Part shown: positions 19,767 through 28,622 of the stretch, in pieces
Position numbering within the stretch: position 1 is the stretch's first letter
Layout: the number at the start of each line of letters is the position of its first letter
Notes under the pieces: generated by a model
What the model saw: the letters and a program-made list of their open reading frames with translations, nothing else
Databases searched by the model: none
Told to the model about the DNA's origin: nothing
Translations under genes and position numbers: made by a program
DNA from: Candidatus Omnitrophica bacterium UBA6233
GTDB taxonomy: Bacteria > Omnitrophota > Gorgyraeia > Gygaellales > Profunditerraquicolaceae
DNA length: 59,407 nt
Assembly (NCBI GenBank): GCA_002440965.1
Contig: DJWJ01000038.1
Location: 1 to 59,407 of the forward strand
Direction: 5' to 3'

Positions 19767-20414
19767 TTACGATGCCCTCCCGATTAACTGCATACCCAGG
19801 AATACCATAATCAAACCGCAAATGATATTAAATATAACCGCATAATTCTGCTTAAGCTTATTCAAAAAACCGGGAAGTAATCCCGCCAGGACCGCCAAAA
19901 CCAAAAGAGGAGAAACAATCGTCCCTAAGCCGAAGGAAAAAGAATATATTAAATTTTCAAAAGCGCTTTTTGCGGCCAAACCCGTGAAGGTAAACACACT
20001 TACCAGAGGAGCGCAAGGCAACAGGCCGGCAAATATCCCAAGGATAACCACGCTTTTCCTATCGCGCTCAAGAAAACGCCTGCGCAGAAAAACGCAATGA
20101 GCCGAACTTACGCCTTTGCCTAAAGCCATCAGGATACCAAGCATAATAATAAACAATCCGGCTAGAAATAAGACGATTTTAGAAAAATAACTCAATTCCC
20201 CCAATATCAATCTTCCAAAGGCAAAAAATAAGAGTCCCAAAGCCAAATAAACAAAAACTCTTGAGACTGAAAATAATAGGTATGCTTTTATGCTTTTAGA
20301 AATCCCTTTTCCTGTTCCGGCTACATATGCCAGGAATAACGGGCCGCAACCAGCCAGGCATGGCCCGCAACCGAAAGATAAACCCAGTATAAATACAGTA
20401 AAAATAGCTTTCAT
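19767..20414 (-). CDS. TauE/SafE-like (DsbD_2) membrane protein
   Basis: GLSFGCGPCLAGCGP and GLLPCAP Cys motifs, about six TM segments. Confidence 0.75.
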   Translation of the reverse strand: MKAIFTVFILGLSFGCGPCLAGCGPLFLAYVAGTGKGISKSIKAYLLFSVSRVFVYLALGLLFFAFGRLILGELSYFSKIVLFLAGLFIIMLGILMALGKGVSSAHCVFLRRRFLERDRKSVVILGIFAGLLPCAPLVSVFTFTGLAAKSAFENLIYSFSFGLGTIVSPLLVLAVLAGLLPGFLNKLKQNYAVIFNIICGLIMVFLGMQLIGRAS

Positions 20415-20441
20415 ATTTGAATGTCACAAACCACAATCATT

Positions 20442-22001
20442 TTAGGATTTTTCCGAAAACACTTCGGCGGTAAAGATATAAATTTCGGTGGATTTATCTT
20501 TCCAGGCGTCGGGACTAAGCCCTGCTTTATGGGCGCACAAACTCGACATAAATTCCTCTTTTGACCATCCCGTCTCTGTAGCTACCTGAGGAAGGAAAAC
20601 TCCGCTTCTATAACCCTGACGCACCAAAACACCGTGAACCCCAAGCTTAATCAAACCGGGATCGCTGATTTTCTCCATCGGAGATAAAACGGATATCTCA
20701 ATTTCAATATTCTTTAACTCCGGCAGGGTCACCGCGCTGAACCGGGGATCCCCTGTCGCAGCCTCAACAGCCATTTCCTGCACAGTTAAATATAAAGGCT
20801 TTGCGCCTATAAGATTACCGATACAACCGCGAAGTTCGCCATCTTTATTCAAAGTAACAAAAGCCCCCATAGTTTTTTTAAAAACAGGATTCGTCTCGGA
20901 AATTTGGGGCAATTTAGCGTCTTTTAAATATGTTTCTATGGCGGCGCGCGCGATTTCAAGCAACTTCTTCTTTTGAGTCTCATTAAACATAGCTTTTTCT
21001 CCTCCCGGTTCATCAATCGCCCAACTCGAATATCCTACGGTCCAGATACCTTTCTTCATATTGCCGGTAACTTCCGCGGAATTCGTATGTTTTAATAGAA
21101 TCGCTTTATTATGGCCTAAGCTTTTTGACAAAATCAGGGCGGTAACCGCTCCAAAACCGCCGCAAAGCTGCATCTTTTCATCGCGAATCCCAAAATAGAG
21201 AGCTTCTCCATCCATTTGATTTATAGCAGCATTAGTGAGGTTGTCTACTTTATCTGCCTCATCATAATCGTATCCGTGATACATATCCGTAGAAACCACG
21301 ATCAGAATATCTTCACGCTCTCCTATGGCTTCTTTAAGCAACACGGCGAGCTTTTGACAGGCAGACAGAGAAGCGTCTCCTATGACTATCGGGACAATTT
21401 TTCCGCCAGAAGCAGACCCGCCTTCGGGAAAGAAACTCGGAAGGGTCTTTTGTAAAAACGGCAGCTGGACTTCGACGCTGTGCTCTTCTCTGAAAGCTTG
21501 CGGAACAAAAGTTATTTCGGGATCTTTGTTAAGCAATTTTTGGGCGAATTCATTGTCCACCGGAATCTCTCCCAGAGGAGTTCTAAATGCTCCGTTCGGA
21601 TAAACCGAAACTCCGCTAAAAGGATAACGGTGGCTTGTCCCCAGGATTATCACTGTTTTATACGGCTTATCCTTTATCAGTTTGTAGCCGAAGGCCGCGA
21701 CTTTACCGGAATACCCGTATCCGGCATGAGGAGAAATCAAGGCAAAAATGCGGGCACCGGGATTTTCGGGATTCGCTTCGTCCAAATAACCTTCGATAAC
21801 CTTAGACAGCTCTTTGGGGTCATCAGGATAAAATGCGCCGGATACGCAAGGCTCCTTAATATCACCAGCATAAGATAAATGACAAATGTCAAAATCCAAA
21901 GCACAAAATAATACCAAAGCACAAAACACAAATGTCAAAATCCTTGACTTGATATTTGTCATTTTGATTTTGGATTTATTTTGGATTTTGAATTTTGTCA
22001 T
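20442..22001 (-). CDS. AmmeMemoRadiSam protein B (MEMO1-like) fused to protein A (AMMECR1-like), with repeat-derived signal-like leader
   Basis: EPCVSGAFYP, PHAGYGYSG, EHSVEVQLPF, STDMYH (MEMO); GAFVTL...LRGCIG, DPRF, GVFLPQVA (AMMECR1). Confidence 0.92.
   Translation of the reverse strand: MTKFKIQNKSKIKMTNIKSRILTFVFCALVLFCALDFDICHLSYAGDIKEPCVSGAFYPDDPKELSKVIEGYLDEANPENPGARIFALISPHAGYGYSGKVAAFGYKLIKDKPYKTVIILGTSHRYPFSGVSVYPNGAFRTPLGEIPVDNEFAQKLLNKDPEITFVPQAFREEHSVEVQLPFLQKTLPSFFPEGGSASGGKIVPIVIGDASLSACQKLAVLLKEAIGEREDILIVVSTDMYHGYDYDEADKVDNLTNAAINQMDGEALYFGIRDEKMQLCGGFGAVTALILSKSLGHNKAILLKHTNSAEVTGNMKKGIWTVGYSSWAIDEPGGEKAMFNETQKKKLLEIARAAIETYLKDAKLPQISETNPVFKKTMGAFVTLNKDGELRGCIGNLIGAKPLYLTVQEMAVEAATGDPRFSAVTLPELKNIEIEISVLSPMEKISDPGLIKLGVHGVLVRQGYRSGVFLPQVATETGWSKEEFMSSLCAHKAGLSPDAWKDKSTEIYIFTAEVFSEKS
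21402..21428. repeat. Degenerate 27-bp CCGCC-type palindromic insertion in amrB (PEGGSASGG)
   Basis: Plus strand TCCGCCAGAAGCAGACCCGCCTTCGGG interrupts the LQKTL..F-KIVPIV segment. Confidence 0.6.
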
Positions 22002-22009
22002 TTGTCATT
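21878..22009. repeat. Family-1 palindrome, copy B (coding; forms the amrB leader)
   Basis: AATGACAAATGTCAAA...TTTTGTCATTTGTCATT; abuts the amrS stop. Confidence 0.9.
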
Positions 22010-23112
22010 CACTTCCATATTCCTGCGATATTTTCCCCGCAGAACTTACATTTACCGTCTTTTAAATCATTCCGGACGATAAAATAACCGCGGCGCTCAA
22101 TGACAATTTTCCCGCAACGGGGGCAATACGTATTCTCCGCCGGATTAGCCGGGATATTACCGATATAAACATACTTTAAACCGCATTTAATGGCGATATT
22201 CCTGGCTTTCTCAAGGGACTCAACCGGAGTAGGATTAAGGCTGATCAACTTATACATAGGGAAAAACCTCGAAAAATGTAACGGCGTATCCGGCCCTAAA
22301 TTATCTTTAATCCACAAGCACATCTTCCTTAGAGATTCTTCGTCATCATTAAACCCCGGCAGAAGCAAGGTAGTTATCTCGATATGCACGCCTTCGCTTT
22401 TCAACACCTTCAGGGAATTCAAAACCGGCGCAAGCGCGCCTTCAGTCAACTTCGAATAATAATCATCGCTAAAACCTTTAAGGTCGATATTGGCGCCATC
22501 AAGATATTTTGCCAAAGCCCTAAGCGGAGCTTCGTTGATGTAGCCATTTGAATGCATAACATTCTTTAACCCCTGCTGACGGGCGGATTTTGCCGTCTCC
22601 AGCATATATTCATAAAAAATAGTCGGTTCGCTATAGGTATAGGCAATACTTGCGGATCCGGAATCCTTAGCCTCCCTTACTAACTCGGACGGCTCAAGAT
22701 AACGATATTCCACTTCTTCGGGACTACTCTGGGATATTGCCCAATTCTGGCAGAATTTGCATTTTAAGTTACATCCCGCAGTAGCTATAGAATAGGCATT
22801 GGTCGAGGGAAGGAAATGAAAGAACGGTTTTTTCTCTATCGGGTCAATATGTATAGCTACAGGCTTGGCGTAAACTAAACTATAAAGAGTCCCGCCGCGG
22901 TTCTGGCGCACTCCGCAATATCCCCGCGCTCCGTCCGGAATCATACATCGACGAGGACAAAGCTGGCATTGAACGGCATTTTTCTCCAGTTTTTGATAAA
23001 ACCGCGCTTCCTTTAATTGCTCTAAACTAAACAGATTAGGCAGGTAAATACAAGACAAGGCTAAAGAAAGAAGGATAACGACGCTAAAAATCAATCTGCC
23101 TGCATTCTTCAT
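22009..23112 (-). CDS. amrS: AmmeMemoRadiSam radical SAM enzyme with hydrophobic N-terminus
   Basis: CQLCPRRC, DPIEKKPFFHF, GCNLKCKFCQNW, YTYSEP, HFSRFFP, C-terminal CPRCG/CKFCG. Confidence 0.93.
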   Translation of the reverse strand: MKNAGRLIFSVVILLSLALSCIYLPNLFSLEQLKEARFYQKLEKNAVQCQLCPRRCMIPDGARGYCGVRQNRGGTLYSLVYAKPVAIHIDPIEKKPFFHFLPSTNAYSIATAGCNLKCKFCQNWAISQSSPEEVEYRYLEPSELVREAKDSGSASIAYTYSEPTIFYEYMLETAKSARQQGLKNVMHSNGYINEAPLRALAKYLDGANIDLKGFSDDYYSKLTEGALAPVLNSLKVLKSEGVHIEITTLLLPGFNDDEESLRKMCLWIKDNLGPDTPLHFSRFFPMYKLISLNPTPVESLEKARNIAIKCGLKYVYIGNIPANPAENTYCPRCGKIVIERRGYFIVRNDLKDGKCKFCGENIAGIWK

Positions 23113-23144
23113 TATAGGGAAAAAGCTGTTTTGAATAACTTAAG

Positions 23145-23217
23145 TGGAGCTGAGGAGGATCGAACTCCTGGCCTCCTCGTTGCGAACGAGGCGCTCTCCC
23201 AACTGAGCTACAGCCCC
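23145..23217 (-). tRNA. tRNA-Ala(CGC), CCA not encoded
   Basis: GGGGCTGTAGCTCAGTTGGGAGAGCGCCTCGTTCGCAACGAGGAGGCCAGGAGTTCGATCCTCCTCAGCTCCA; G3:U70 pair; anticodon CGC. Confidence 0.96.
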
Positions 23218-23225
23218 TTTTTTTG

Positions 23226-23253
23226 ATTATATCATAAATACCGCCTAACTCAA
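23226..23253 (-). promoter_or_regulatory. Promoter of tRNA-Ala
   Basis: TTGAGT-N16-TATAAT with TG extension. Confidence 0.65.
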
Positions 23254-23298
23254 AAAACAAAATCGGGATAATCGCAAGACAGGCTCTATAGCGGAGAT

Positions 23299-23907
23299 TT
23301 AATTGATGGCGACCGCGGGTAAACCGACGCTGGTAGACATAGAAATATCAGGGTTATCCGCAGAGCCGCAAGAAGCGTGTGTTTGCGCGGGGTCATAACA
23401 GGCGCTAAGAGCTACCTCTATATAATTTTCACCAGCGGATAATTTCTTTTCAGCCGAGAAGGCGGTTATATGCTCAGAAAGATACTCCGTCGTGACCGAA
23501 CATGAACCGCAGGAAGCGCTGGCGCATTGCCCGCAATAACTTAACTGATGGGTGCTTGAATTAAAATTATACCCAATCCAGTAATCATTGGTGGAATCCG
23601 CCAGCCCATCGAAATTTGCATCCGTAAAAACGGACAAAACAGTGGTGCTTGTAGAATTAGGGCTGATATACACAGCTGAATCATCGCCATAAAGTGTTTC
23701 ATTGCCTGTAGCGGTAGAAAGATGCTTAGTCAAATGTTCCAGAGACAAAGAAAGCTCGTTTTGGATTTTAGCCCGGCGATCCGCGGAAACGGAATGATAA
23801 CGGCTGAATACCCCTATGCTATTGATACTCAAAACCATTACCGCAAGCAGCGAAAGAGCTATCAAAAGTTCAATAAGGGTGATGGATTTACGGGATAAAA
23901 TCAACAT
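23299..23907 (-). CDS. Minor pilin (PilW/GspJ-like)
   Basis: RKS^ITLIELLIALS; Cys-rich C-terminal region. Confidence 0.8.
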   Translation of the reverse strand: MLILSRKSITLIELLIALSLLAVMVLSINSIGVFSRYHSVSADRRAKIQNELSLSLEHLTKHLSTATGNETLYGDDSAVYISPNSTSTTVLSVFTDANFDGLADSTNDYWIGYNFNSSTHQLSYCGQCASASCGSCSVTTEYLSEHITAFSAEKKLSAGENYIEVALSACYDPAQTHASCGSADNPDISMSTSVGLPAVAIN

Positions 23908-24284
23908 TATTCGACTGAAGGTAAAGTAATTTTAAGCTTTACTTTTTTAACATCCGTATCGACATTACTTATGTAGTATTGAGGAGTATAAGTAGAAGAC
24001 CCTATTGTATATTCGGAAGGAACGGATGAGCAATCGGCCATACTAGCCGGAGTAGAGGCATTATCGGTATTAAAACAATTACTTCCAGCCCAGGTATCCT
24101 GCCTTATGTAAACCTGCAAAGGATCAAGGAATATTTTGCCCAACTCTCCACCGGTAGTCCGATAACGGCTGCGCTGAATGAAACTTTTAGCCGCCACAAA
24201 AACATTGACTATGCCGGTAATAACCAAAGCCAAAATCACCATAGAAATAATGATTTCCAGCAGGCTTAAGGCTTTTTTATTCAT
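23907..24284 (-). CDS. Minor pilin (PilV/GspI-like)
   Basis: KKA^LSLLEIIISMVIL. Confidence 0.8.
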   Translation of the reverse strand: MNKKALSLLEIIISMVILALVITGIVNVFVAAKSFIQRSRYRTTGGELGKIFLDPLQVYIRQDTWAGSNCFNTDNASTPASMADCSSVPSEYTIGSSTYTPQYYISNVDTDVKKVKLKITLPSVE

Positions 24285-24290
24285 TGCTGC

Positions 24291-24710
24291 CTAGGGGCAA
24301 CTCGTTCCGCCTGATTTTACCGGATCCGCGTTAAAATCTGAACTGGCGATACTATATGTGCAGGAACTATTAGCTTTATAGGTAGCCGTAGCAGTAACAG
24401 CGGTAGTGGAACCGCTCACGCTATATTCCCAATTTGTGGTATTCAGCATCAGCTTAAGCAGGGCGTTGCATCCGGTCGAGGATTCTATGCAAGTAGCAGA
24501 ATCCGAGCACGAACAGGAACTGACATAAAAATCATTCTCCATCCTGTAGATTCTCTCTGCGGCAGCTATTAACTTAAGATTAGAGATAGCCTCCTTGGCT
24601 ATCGCCCTTCTCTTAGATTTAGCGTAATTAGGAAGGGCTATTGTGGCAAGAATGGTTACGACCACAACCACCAGAATAAGCTCCAATAAAGTAAATCCCC
24701 TCTTATTCAT
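24291..24710 (-). CDS. Type IV pilin
   Basis: RG^FTLLELILVVVVVTILATIALPNY; six Cys. Confidence 0.9.
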   Translation of the reverse strand: MNKRGFTLLELILVVVVVTILATIALPNYAKSKRRAIAKEAISNLKLIAAAERIYRMENDFYVSSCSCSDSATCIESSTGCNALLKLMLNTTNWEYSVSGSTTAVTATATYKANSSCTYSIASSDFNADPVKSGGTSCP

Positions 24711-24726
24711 ATTATTCCCTCCTAGG

Positions 24727-25113
24727 TTAAGTACTGGATGGGCACGATGGCGCGGATGTTCCCTTGTTGGTCCCGTTAAAACACATATAGTAAGTAACAG
24801 ATCCTTTTCCAGACTTAGGCGTAGCCTTACCGTAATAACTGGAATCTAAAGTATAAGTAAAGTTTTCGCTTGCCGGGGCAGAATCATATCGATCCAAATC
24901 CGACCAAGTAAATGTATAAGCGCTATTATCTACATAATAGCTGCTCTCCGCAGAAGCTATTTCGGCTAAAACAGTATAAGCTTCTGCGGAACGCGCATTT
25001 TCTATAACCGGCCCGTATCTTAGCAGGCTTGCGCTAGCTAAAATTCCGATTATAACTATTACAATAAGCAATTCAATCAATGTGAATGCATTATCCTTGC
25101 CTATTTTATTCAC
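24727..25113 (-). CDS. Type IV pilin
   Basis: NA^FTLIELLIVIVIIGILA; terminal Cys pair. Confidence 0.9.
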   Translation of the reverse strand: MNKIGKDNAFTLIELLIVIVIIGILASASLLRYGPVIENARSAEAYTVLAEIASAESSYYVDNSAYTFTWSDLDRYDSAPASENFTYTLDSSYYGKATPKSGKGSVTYYMCFNGTNKGTSAPSCPSST

Positions 25114-25136
25114 CAGCTTAGTCCTTATTTTTATTA

Positions 25137-25532
25137 CTAACAGCTAGCCGCTCCTGAGCTTCCCTTACCCGTCTCCACGCACATATAATAATTGGTTGTG
25201 CCTGTTACGGCAGTTGCAGTAATAACACCGGCAGTAGTGGCAGCATAAGTAAAATTAGTTGGATTACCTTGCACTGCTATATCATTACTTCCATCGCCAT
25301 CTATATCTACCTTAAGAGCAGCTGAACTGGCAACTGCAGAATACGACCCATACTTGGCATAATAGGCTAATTCTGCGCTACGGTAGGCATCCATCGTGCT
25401 ATACGCTTCCGCTCTCCGGGCGCTTTCGATGTTGGCGAAATAACGCGGCAAGGCAACCAAAGCCAAGATACCGATGATTACGATTACGATGATAAGTTCG
25501 ATCAATGTGAAACCGCTAACGCCTTTTCTCAT
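25137..25532 (-). CDS. Type IV pilin, candidate major pilin
   Basis: SG^FTLIELIIVIVIIGILALVALPRY; strong RBS AGGGAGG; dedicated promoter. Confidence 0.9.
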   Translation of the reverse strand: MRKGVSGFTLIELIIVIVIIGILALVALPRYFANIESARRAEAYSTMDAYRSAELAYYAKYGSYSAVASSAALKVDIDGDGSNDIAVQGNPTNFTYAATTAGVITATAVTGTTNYYMCVETGKGSSGAASC

Positions 25533-25589
25533 TTCTTTCCTCCCTTTCTAGGTTGTTGTTAAATAATATTCCGCTAATCTTCAGTGCTT

Positions 25590-25617
25590 ATAGTAACATA
25601 ATCCCCAGGAATTGCAA
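25590..25617 (-). promoter_or_regulatory. Putative promoter of the pilin cluster
   Basis: TTGCAA-N16-TACTAT with TG extension. Confidence 0.5.
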
Positions 25618-25626
25618 TGTTTTTTT

Positions 25627-26871
25627 CTATCTGGTCCCGATTTGGGCAATTTCAAATATCGGAAGAAACATGCCGATAACCATCAAGCCTATAATAGCTC
25701 CTATAAAAACAAGCATAATCGGCTCGAACATAGTGGTAAAACGCGTAAGAAACGTATCCAGATATTCCTGATAAAAAGCATTCAGCCTTTTGAACATATT
25801 GGATAACTCGCCGATCTCTTCGCCGATGTTTACCATCTGGACTACCATCGGGTCAAAAAAGTTTCTTTCATCCAAAGAAGCTCCCAAAGACTTACCGACG
25901 CGGACATCATCTTTAACACTGCGAACAATCTCTCCCAGGATAACGCTATTGACGCTATGTTCGGCAATTTCAAGAGAATAAAGTATAGGCACGCCGCTTT
26001 CCACAAGGGTCGACATTTCGGAGGTAAACCGTTCGATAATCAAGATGCGAAACGCTTCGCCTAAAACAGGCACCTTTAAAATAAACTTTTCGAGCTGCCT
26101 TTTTCCGTTTTTAGTCGAAATATACCTGCGTAAAAACCAAATCCCAACAACTAAAGCAACAGTGATTAACAAAAAATAAGACCGGATAAACTTGCTTGTA
26201 TGTATCAAGAGTGAGGTTAAAAAGGGCATTTTAATATTGAAATTATTGAAGATTTCGGCAAAAGTAGGGATTATCTTAACAGTCATAAACAACAAGGCTG
26301 ATATACCTGCCAAAAATAATATTGCCGGATAAATCAACGCCGAGATAAGCTTTTTCTTAAAAGCAGCATCCCTTTCAAGGTAACTGGCAAGCTTACTTAA
26401 AACCACCGCGAGGTTTCCGCTGGCCTCGCCGCTCTCCACCAAATGAATCCAAAGCTCGGTGAACACCGCAGGGTGCTTAGCCATCGCTTCATGAAAACTT
26501 AACCCCGCTTCCATATTCTTTTCCAAATCTTTGATTATCAAATAAAGCAGTTTACTGGAAACCTGCTGCGAAATTATATTCAAACTCTTTAAAATCGTTA
26601 CCCCTGAGCCAAGAAGCGTGGCCAACTGACGGCAGAAAAGGGTCAGGTCTCCTTCGGTAACCCGATTGTGTTTAGTGTTGATTTTTCCTTTTGTGGAAGC
26701 TCCTGAGGCGGAAGAAAGCGCGGATCCCTGCCCGGAATCGGAAAAGATGTTTATTACTATAAAATCTTTGGCCTGCAAACGGTTGACTACCTCATCCTGC
26801 GTCGCTCCTTCTTCTATCCCGCTGATTTTATTCCCGGTTTTATCCCGGACTATATAGGAGAATTTAGCCAT
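25627..26871 (-). CDS. pilC: T4P/T2SS platform protein (PilC/GspF)
   Basis: FCRQLATLLGSGV, GEASGNL, GEEIGEL, FEPIM...MFLPIF. Confidence 0.93.
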   Translation of the reverse strand: MAKFSYIVRDKTGNKISGIEEGATQDEVVNRLQAKDFIVINIFSDSGQGSALSSASGASTKGKINTKHNRVTEGDLTLFCRQLATLLGSGVTILKSLNIISQQVSSKLLYLIIKDLEKNMEAGLSFHEAMAKHPAVFTELWIHLVESGEASGNLAVVLSKLASYLERDAAFKKKLISALIYPAILFLAGISALLFMTVKIIPTFAEIFNNFNIKMPFLTSLLIHTSKFIRSYFLLITVALVVGIWFLRRYISTKNGKRQLEKFILKVPVLGEAFRILIIERFTSEMSTLVESGVPILYSLEIAEHSVNSVILGEIVRSVKDDVRVGKSLGASLDERNFFDPMVVQMVNIGEEIGELSNMFKRLNAFYQEYLDTFLTRFTTMFEPIMLVFIGAIIGLMVIGMFLPIFEIAQIGTR

Positions 26872-28607
26872 TATTCCGCTCCCAAGGCAATTGAAAGCGC
26901 GTCTTCCAGGGAAGTCGAGCCTTCCTCGACTTTTTTAAGAGCTGACTCATACAATGTTTGCATCCCAAAAGATTTGGCAACGTCCCTTATCTGTTGAAAT
27001 GGCGCCCTCTGGCTGATTAAACTCCTTATTTCTTCGTTCACAAACATAACTTCCGAAACGCAAACCCTCCCCTTATACCCGGTATTATTACATCTCGCGC
27101 ATCCTTTGGCTTTATAAATCAAATCCGCTTTCAATTTTATATTCTTGAGTTCTTCCGGCTTTGGCTCATAAGCTTCCTTGCACTCCAAACATAATTTTCT
27201 AACCAAACGCTGGCCGATTACAGCTATCAAAGAAGAAGATAACATATACGGCTCGATACCGATATCCATTAAGCGGCTTATAGCTGTAGGAGCATCATTG
27301 GTATGCAGCGTGCTTAAAACCAAATGCCCGGTAAGCGCCGAACGCACGCATATTTGAGCGGTTTCCAAATCGCGGACCTCGCCAACAAGCATTATATCAG
27401 GATCCTGCCTCAAAAAACTGCGCAAGGCGGTAGCGAAAGTAAGCCCGATTTCGGGTTTGATTTGAACCTGGTTAACGCCATCAAGTTTATATTCCACCGG
27501 ATCCTCAATAGTAACGATATTCTTGGTAGAACTTCTTATTTCGCTCAATATTGCGTATAAAGTAGTCGTTTTACCGCTACCTGTAGGCCCGGTTAGAAAA
27601 ATTAATCCGTAAGGAGTTTTTATACATTTTCGAATGAGTTCAAGCTGCTTTGGCTCAAAACCCAGTTTACCAAGGTCTAAAACAACCTGGCTGCGGTCAA
27701 GCAGCCTCATTACTATCTTCTCCCCGTAAATCGTAGGTATGGAAGAAACGCGGATATCTATGGGCCGCTCTCCCATCCGCACCAGAAACGAACCGTCCTG
27801 GGGAAGTCGTTTTTCGGCGATATCCAGTTTTGACAAAATTTTAATACGCGAGATAATCGGCATATGCAGATGTTTTGCCGGAGGAGGTATTTCATACAAT
27901 TTCCCGTCGATACGATACCTTAAAGATATCTTGTCTTTAAACGGTTCGATATGGATATCCGAAGCCCGTTCATCGATTGCCTGACGAATTATTAAGTCGA
28001 CCAATTTTACAACCGGGGCTTCTTCAGCCCGGGCAACCAATTTATCCAAACTCAATTCCTGATCGGATTCTTCTTCGGAAATCACTCCCGTAGCGGCAGA
28101 TTCAGATGAAGGAACATCATAGGTATCCTCTACCGCCTGTTTCAACATCGCGGATTTACCATAGAAATCCCCGATCGCCTTGACAATATCGGGTTTTGTA
28201 GCGATAACAGGATTAATCTCGCAATTGGTCAATCTGCCTAGATTATCGATTAGAATCAAATCCAAAGGATCAGACATAGCTACAGTCAAAGAACGCAAGG
28301 TGCGGGACAAAGGAAGAACGGAATTCTTGATGGCAAAGTCATGCGGTATAAGCCGTTCAAGCCCCTGATCTATCGCCGGTTTAAGCATCCCGCCTGTGCC
28401 CAGCGAAAAATAGGGAACATTGAGCTGTTTACCCAAAACCGCCACCATCTGGTCTTCTTTGACTAAACCGAGCTTGACCAAAACTTCACCTAATCTGCCG
28501 CCTTCCTGACGCTGGACAGATATGGCTTTTTCCAGTTGAGCTTCATCAAGCAAACCTTCTTTAATAAGAAGCTCGCCTAATTTCAGATATCTTCCTTTAT
28601 TCAACAT
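26871..28607 (-). CDS. pilB: Assembly ATPase (PilB/GspE) with N-terminal MshEN-like segment
   Basis: KLGELLIKEGL...RLGEVLVKLGLV, GPTGSGKTTTLY, LRQDPD, STLHTND, CARCNNTGYKGR. Confidence 0.95.
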   Translation of the reverse strand: MLNKGRYLKLGELLIKEGLLDEAQLEKAISVQRQEGGRLGEVLVKLGLVKEDQMVAVLGKQLNVPYFSLGTGGMLKPAIDQGLERLIPHDFAIKNSVLPLSRTLRSLTVAMSDPLDLILIDNLGRLTNCEINPVIATKPDIVKAIGDFYGKSAMLKQAVEDTYDVPSSESAATGVISEEESDQELSLDKLVARAEEAPVVKLVDLIIRQAIDERASDIHIEPFKDKISLRYRIDGKLYEIPPPAKHLHMPIISRIKILSKLDIAEKRLPQDGSFLVRMGERPIDIRVSSIPTIYGEKIVMRLLDRSQVVLDLGKLGFEPKQLELIRKCIKTPYGLIFLTGPTGSGKTTTLYAILSEIRSSTKNIVTIEDPVEYKLDGVNQVQIKPEIGLTFATALRSFLRQDPDIMLVGEVRDLETAQICVRSALTGHLVLSTLHTNDAPTAISRLMDIGIEPYMLSSSLIAVIGQRLVRKLCLECKEAYEPKPEELKNIKLKADLIYKAKGCARCNNTGYKGRVCVSEVMFVNEEIRSLISQRAPFQQIRDVAKSFGMQTLYESALKKVEEGSTSLEDALSIALGAE

Positions 28608-28622
28608 AGGTTTTAAGATAAC

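Noticed and set aside
23145-25532. Pilin cluster as an island integrated at tRNA-Ala
   Set aside because: No integrase and no duplicated tRNA 3' end were seen.
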